NCBI RefSeq assembly: GCF_036971445.1
Contig: NC_091470.1
Span: forward strand, 140,058,001 to 140,122,000
DNA: 64,000 bases
Direction of reading: 5' to 3'
Source of the DNA: Narcine bancroftii
Lineage: Eukaryota
This document shows, one piece after another, positions 60,100 through 64,000 of this stretch (position 1 is the first letter of the stretch; each line of letters starts with the position of its first letter). The position numbers were made by a program, and so were the translations under genes. The notes beneath the pieces were generated by a model. It was not told the DNA's origin, did no database searches, and was given only the letters and a program-made list of their open reading frames with translations.

Positions 60100-60850
60100 G
60101 GGAGGAGGCCCTGACTGAGTTTGTCGTTGATGGTGGAGGGGGTTACAGCCATTCCTGAACGTGGTGGGTGCGAGTTTTGTGGCGCCCCTCAACCTCTTTC
60201 CTGATGACGGCAGCCGTGTGGGCCTGGCGGGGTGGACCCTTGATGATCTCCGACAGCAGCGTTCCCCTGAGATGTTCTCCACGACGTGGACGTTTTCGCC
60301 CGCCACTTCCCTGGGCTGTGTCCGTTACCTTTCGGACAGCTTTACGCTCGTAGAGGGGGGAAGTGGAGTCTTGATGTCCCCACTGTACGGCCCTCTGGGG
60401 AAATCTGCCGGCGTTCACAATGTCGGACCGAACGTCCACCAACTCCTGAGGAAGTCGGGGCGCTGACGCCATTGGGTCAAGGAAAGATCGTGGAAGATCG
60501 TGACTCGCAAGGACATCAATGCCCTCTCCTCCTCTCATGCCGCCAGTGATCACTGGATCGTACGCCTCTGGCGTTCCTGGAGTCAACAATCAGCTCCTTG
60601 GTTTGAGTAAGGGTTATCGGGACACTTTCGGCCCAGTTTTCAATCTCCCTCCTGCACGCAGCCTCGTCCCACTTCATTAGTGTAACCCTCTAAAGTCGGC
60701 AAATTTTCTATGCAGTGTTATCTGAGTCACGCAGCCGATAGATGGAAAGTGAGTAGAGCAGGGGGTGGGGGCTCGTGGTGCTGCGGTCCTGATGGAGATC
60801 GTGGAGGAGATGTTCTTCCCAGTCCTCACTGGTTGTGCGCTTAAGATTAT
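60100..60850 (-). mobile_element. Degenerate Rex1/Babar-like LINE RT 3' fragment
   Basis: Minus-strand remnants resembling AQQRLHFLRKL..TFYR..IES.LT and PHHP...F.LLPSG(K/R)R. Confidence 0.6.
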
Positions 60851-61049
60851 GGAGTTACGCCGAGGGGCGTTATCTCCCTGATAGAAGGGGCGGAGAGCGA
60901 TGTCAGATTTTTTGTGGTCACATGCAACCCTGTGATTCCTTTTACCTGCGGGCTCGGCTGAATTATCGGGTCGTGCAACCTGTTTTACAGCGTAAACATG
61001 TAGATAAATAACTGTCAAGAGATAACGGATGTCAACAGACTGACTGCAA

Positions 61050-61540
61050 TATAGGGAGAACCTTTAAAATCCACACAGTGCACAAGTCCTGGAACGAATA
61101 CCATGATTGGGTTTGTCGAGGTGTCTGGTGGTGGAGGGGTGGCCGTTGTCCCAGAACCTGGTGAGTACGAGTCTTGCGCCTCCAGAGACCTCTTTCCTGA
61201 TGGCAGCAGCAGAAACAGAGCCCGAAATGGGCGGGATGGGTCCTGAAAGTTTCCTGCTGCTCTCCGCAGCCAGCGGTCTCGTAGGGAGGGTTTTGCCATG
61301 ACGTTCCTGTGGTACGTCCGCTACGTTTTGCAGGGATTTAGGCTCGGGGGTGTTGGTGTCCCCAGTACCAGGCCGGTCAGCGCACTTTCCACCGCACGTG
61401 TGTCAAAATTTGCCGGGGTTCGCGATATCGTACCGAACCGCCGATGACTCCCGAGGAGGTCCAGGCTTTGGGATGCTTTCTTCACGGTGCCATTGGGTTG
61501 GTGGTCCAGAAAATTCCTCCAGCATGGTGACTGCAAAGAA
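61050..61540 (-). mobile_element. Second Rex1/Babar-like LINE 3' fragment
   Basis: KKASQSLDLL..RRFG..TRAVESALT and DPSRPFRALFLLLPSGKR remnants. Confidence 0.6.
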
Positions 61541-61734
61541 CAAAGAACACAACTGTCTACCTAAAGCAACCATGTTTCCTTGAGAGCGGAGACCGTGGAT
61601 CTGCCGCCGACCCAGCACAGCGCTAAGCCAGAACAGAAGGGCCCGACGCCAATTCGACAGGCCCACCAACATGATAGAGAGCGACGAGGCAAACACTGAA
61701 AGTGCAGATTTGGTCATCTAACTACGGGAAAGAT

Positions 61735-61890
61735 ATTGGTGACAAGGAAAGAGAAGATTTACTGGGATGTTGCACGGACTTCAGGGACTGAGTTATAGGG
61801 AAAGGTTCAACAGGTTCGGGACTTTATCCCCTGACGATTTACTGGGATGTTGCCCAGACTTCAGGGACTGGGTTACAGGCAACAGTTTTG
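61735..61890 (+). mobile_element. Short CR1-like RT C-terminal fragment with internal duplication
   Basis: RRFTGMLHGLQGLSYRERFNRFGTL, followed by a repeat of gatttactgggatgttgc..gacttcagggactg. Confidence 0.6.
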
Positions 61891-62758
61891 AGACCTTATA
61901 GCCTGAATTTACTGTGATTTTGTCTATCCTTTTAGCGTGGACGGAGTCCGATTCCAACCCTTCTCCGCCAGTGCCACCCCACACCCGCCCCGTCTCTGGC
62001 AGATGTGGTTCATTCCAATGGCATTCCCGCCTCTAGAAGATTTGGTTCAATCTTCCTGAGATCGCGATTACCTTGCCGGTTTGTATAAGAGTTGGTTATA
62101 TTACCCCTCCCCACCCCGCCCCTACAGCGGACACACGTCTGAATTACCCATCTCCCAAAGAGATTATTTGATCTAACAGCGTGCGCAGTTACGCTTCTGA
62201 CCCAGGAGAGCGAGAGAGGCATATTTACTGGAGTGTATTGGGTTCAAATAGGAACCGAACGAAGAGAGAGAGAGTTAGGGGAGTCGAGGGGGAGGAAGGG
62301 GAGATGGGGAAGAGAGAACTGGAGAGAGACAGTGGATAAGGGAGGAATGGAGGGCAGTAGAGGGAATGAGAAAGGGAAGGGGTGAGAGAGTGAGCGAGTC
62401 ATTGGGGGAAGGAGGGAGAGGGGGTGAACGGCAATGGGAGATGGAGGGGGAAGGAGTGGAGGGTGGGAGAGGGAGGAGAGTTGGAGTGAGGCAGTGCGGT
62501 AAGAAGGAGATGGGGTGAACGGCAATGGGAGATGGAGGGGAAAGGGGGTGGTGGGAGAGGGTGTGAGGCAGTTGGGAGGGAGGAGGAATAGAAAAGAAAG
62601 GAGAGAGGGTGTGAGACAGTGGGGAAGGAGGAGGGATAGAAAAGAAATGAGTGAGTGATAGAAGGATGAAGAGAGGCAGTTGAAGGGAGAGAGAAAGAGA
62701 CAGAGAGAGAGATCAGTCCCACCGGGAGCATGTTTTCTAAGCATTTGTTCCTCTAGAC

Positions 62759-63774
62759 CAGGGGTGTCAAACTCAAATTCACGGAGGGCCAAAATTAAAA
62801 AACTTGGACTAAGTCGAGGGTCGAACTAAATATTTATTGAAAATTTTCAACAACATGTGCATGTTTTCACTTCTTTCAACGTATGTAATGTTAAACTTTT
62901 TCTTATTAAAATAAATGTTTAATAATAGTTTTGGATAAACTCTTTCCAGAAGCATTAACAAATGAGAAATAAAATATTCAATAAATAATATTTCTCTATA
63001 GAGGATTTGTCAAATGTTGATAGTGTGCAGTCGAATAGTAAAATTTGAGGGCTATTGAGAATGTGGGAGAATAACATGATTCCTGAAACAATCAAATGGT
63101 TGACCGATTGTGGGCATGAACTCTAGCAGGGTTATTTGCCATGCCCTTTTTCCATTGGTACAGATATCCTTTGATTTACACACTTTTCAAGTTTTATGCC
63201 TAATGAGCTTGTATCCAGGTGCAGGACCATTTTTAACCAGGAATATATTTATCACTGTGACATGAAACTATTGGAAGATCGTTTTATCCTGAGATTAAAG
63301 TTCATAATACTTACTCAGGCCTGTGTGCGGAAGGGCGGGGTTTGCGGGCGATCAACGACAGTGCCGGGGCATCGGCTCTCGCTGCAGGGCGCCATCACGG
63401 CGGATCAGCGGCCCCGTCACCGTGAGTCGCGGATCGGCCTGCGGCAGGGAGGGGGAGTGGGCAACGGTCCTGGCGAGGTCAGGCCCGAGGCCTCCGGTTC
63501 CAGGCGCTGGGAAGCGGCCTTGGCTTCCCCTGACACCGGCCAGGCCCCAAAACCAGAGTCCACGGTGAGACCCTGCAACGTAAACAGAGGAGGTGGGAGC
63601 GATTAGCAGGCTGACGCCAATGCATTCTGGGATTTGTTGTATTACTGTGCATGCGCTATACTGGCGCGGCGGCCAGCGGGCAACCTCTAAATCATTTTTG
63701 AAATTATCTTGCGGGCCAAATATAATTATATCGCGGGCCAAATTTGGCCCGCGGGTCAGAGTTTGACATGTGTG
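62759..63774. mobile_element. Non-autonomous hAT (Charlie/Buster-like) DNA transposon
   Basis: TIRs CAGGGGTGTCAAACTC (62759) and GAGTTTGACATGTGTG (63759-63774), subterminal GGCCCGCGGG motifs, and a degenerate 8-bp TSD CTCTAGAC/CTCTAAGC matching the NTCTAGAN preference. Confidence 0.8.
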
Positions 63775-64000
63775 CTCTAAGCGTTCGTTTTTCTCTACCC
63801 TGAGCTAGCTAATATTTCAGAGTTGGTGCGACCCCTACATTACAGGTCTCCATAAGAGTTGGGAAGATCCCATCGCCAGGCCTGTTGCCGTTTGGGTTGC
63901 TGTAAGAGTTGGTTCCCCGCACCCCCCCCCCCCCCCCACCTCCACAGCGGACGCACGCCTGGATGTCCCAACTCTGGAAAAGTTGTTTTGGTCTTACCGT

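Overview
Vertebrate genomic DNA, most likely from a cartilaginous fish (inferred from the V-gene type and repeat content). The window covers part of a germline T-cell receptor beta variable-gene array. A roughly 2.7-3.5 kb unit is repeated about 11 times. Each unit consists of a GA-rich spacer, a CRE/CCAAT/GC-box promoter, a 37-nt leader exon MFLLLGIVAWFD, a CT-rich phase-1 intron, a ~299-nt V exon ending YLCAWS and a 23-bp-spacer RSS. This family resembles mammalian TRBV30 (CAWS ending). Three copies look intact (34.6, 38.4 and 41.2 kb), one is an altered but open ORF (28.3 kb), one inverted copy is cut by the left edge, and five are pseudogenes. Orphan leaders and an intronic V fragment are also present. 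A second Vbeta family has one intact gene (57.4 kb) and one pseudogene (59.3 kb). No convincing D, J or C segment was seen. The array is invaded by a full-length gamma-like (HERV-I/ERV3-env-like) provirus with 477/479-identical LTRs, a 5-bp TSD, a tRNA-Pro PBS and an intact gag. It also carries three L1 elements with intact 5' ends (one nested in another, one 3'-truncated yet TSD-flanked), RTE, CR1 and Rex/Babar-like fragments, and a hAT-type MITE. Most long ORFs in the supplied track are low-complexity CT/GA artefacts. All coordinates and alignments were read by eye.
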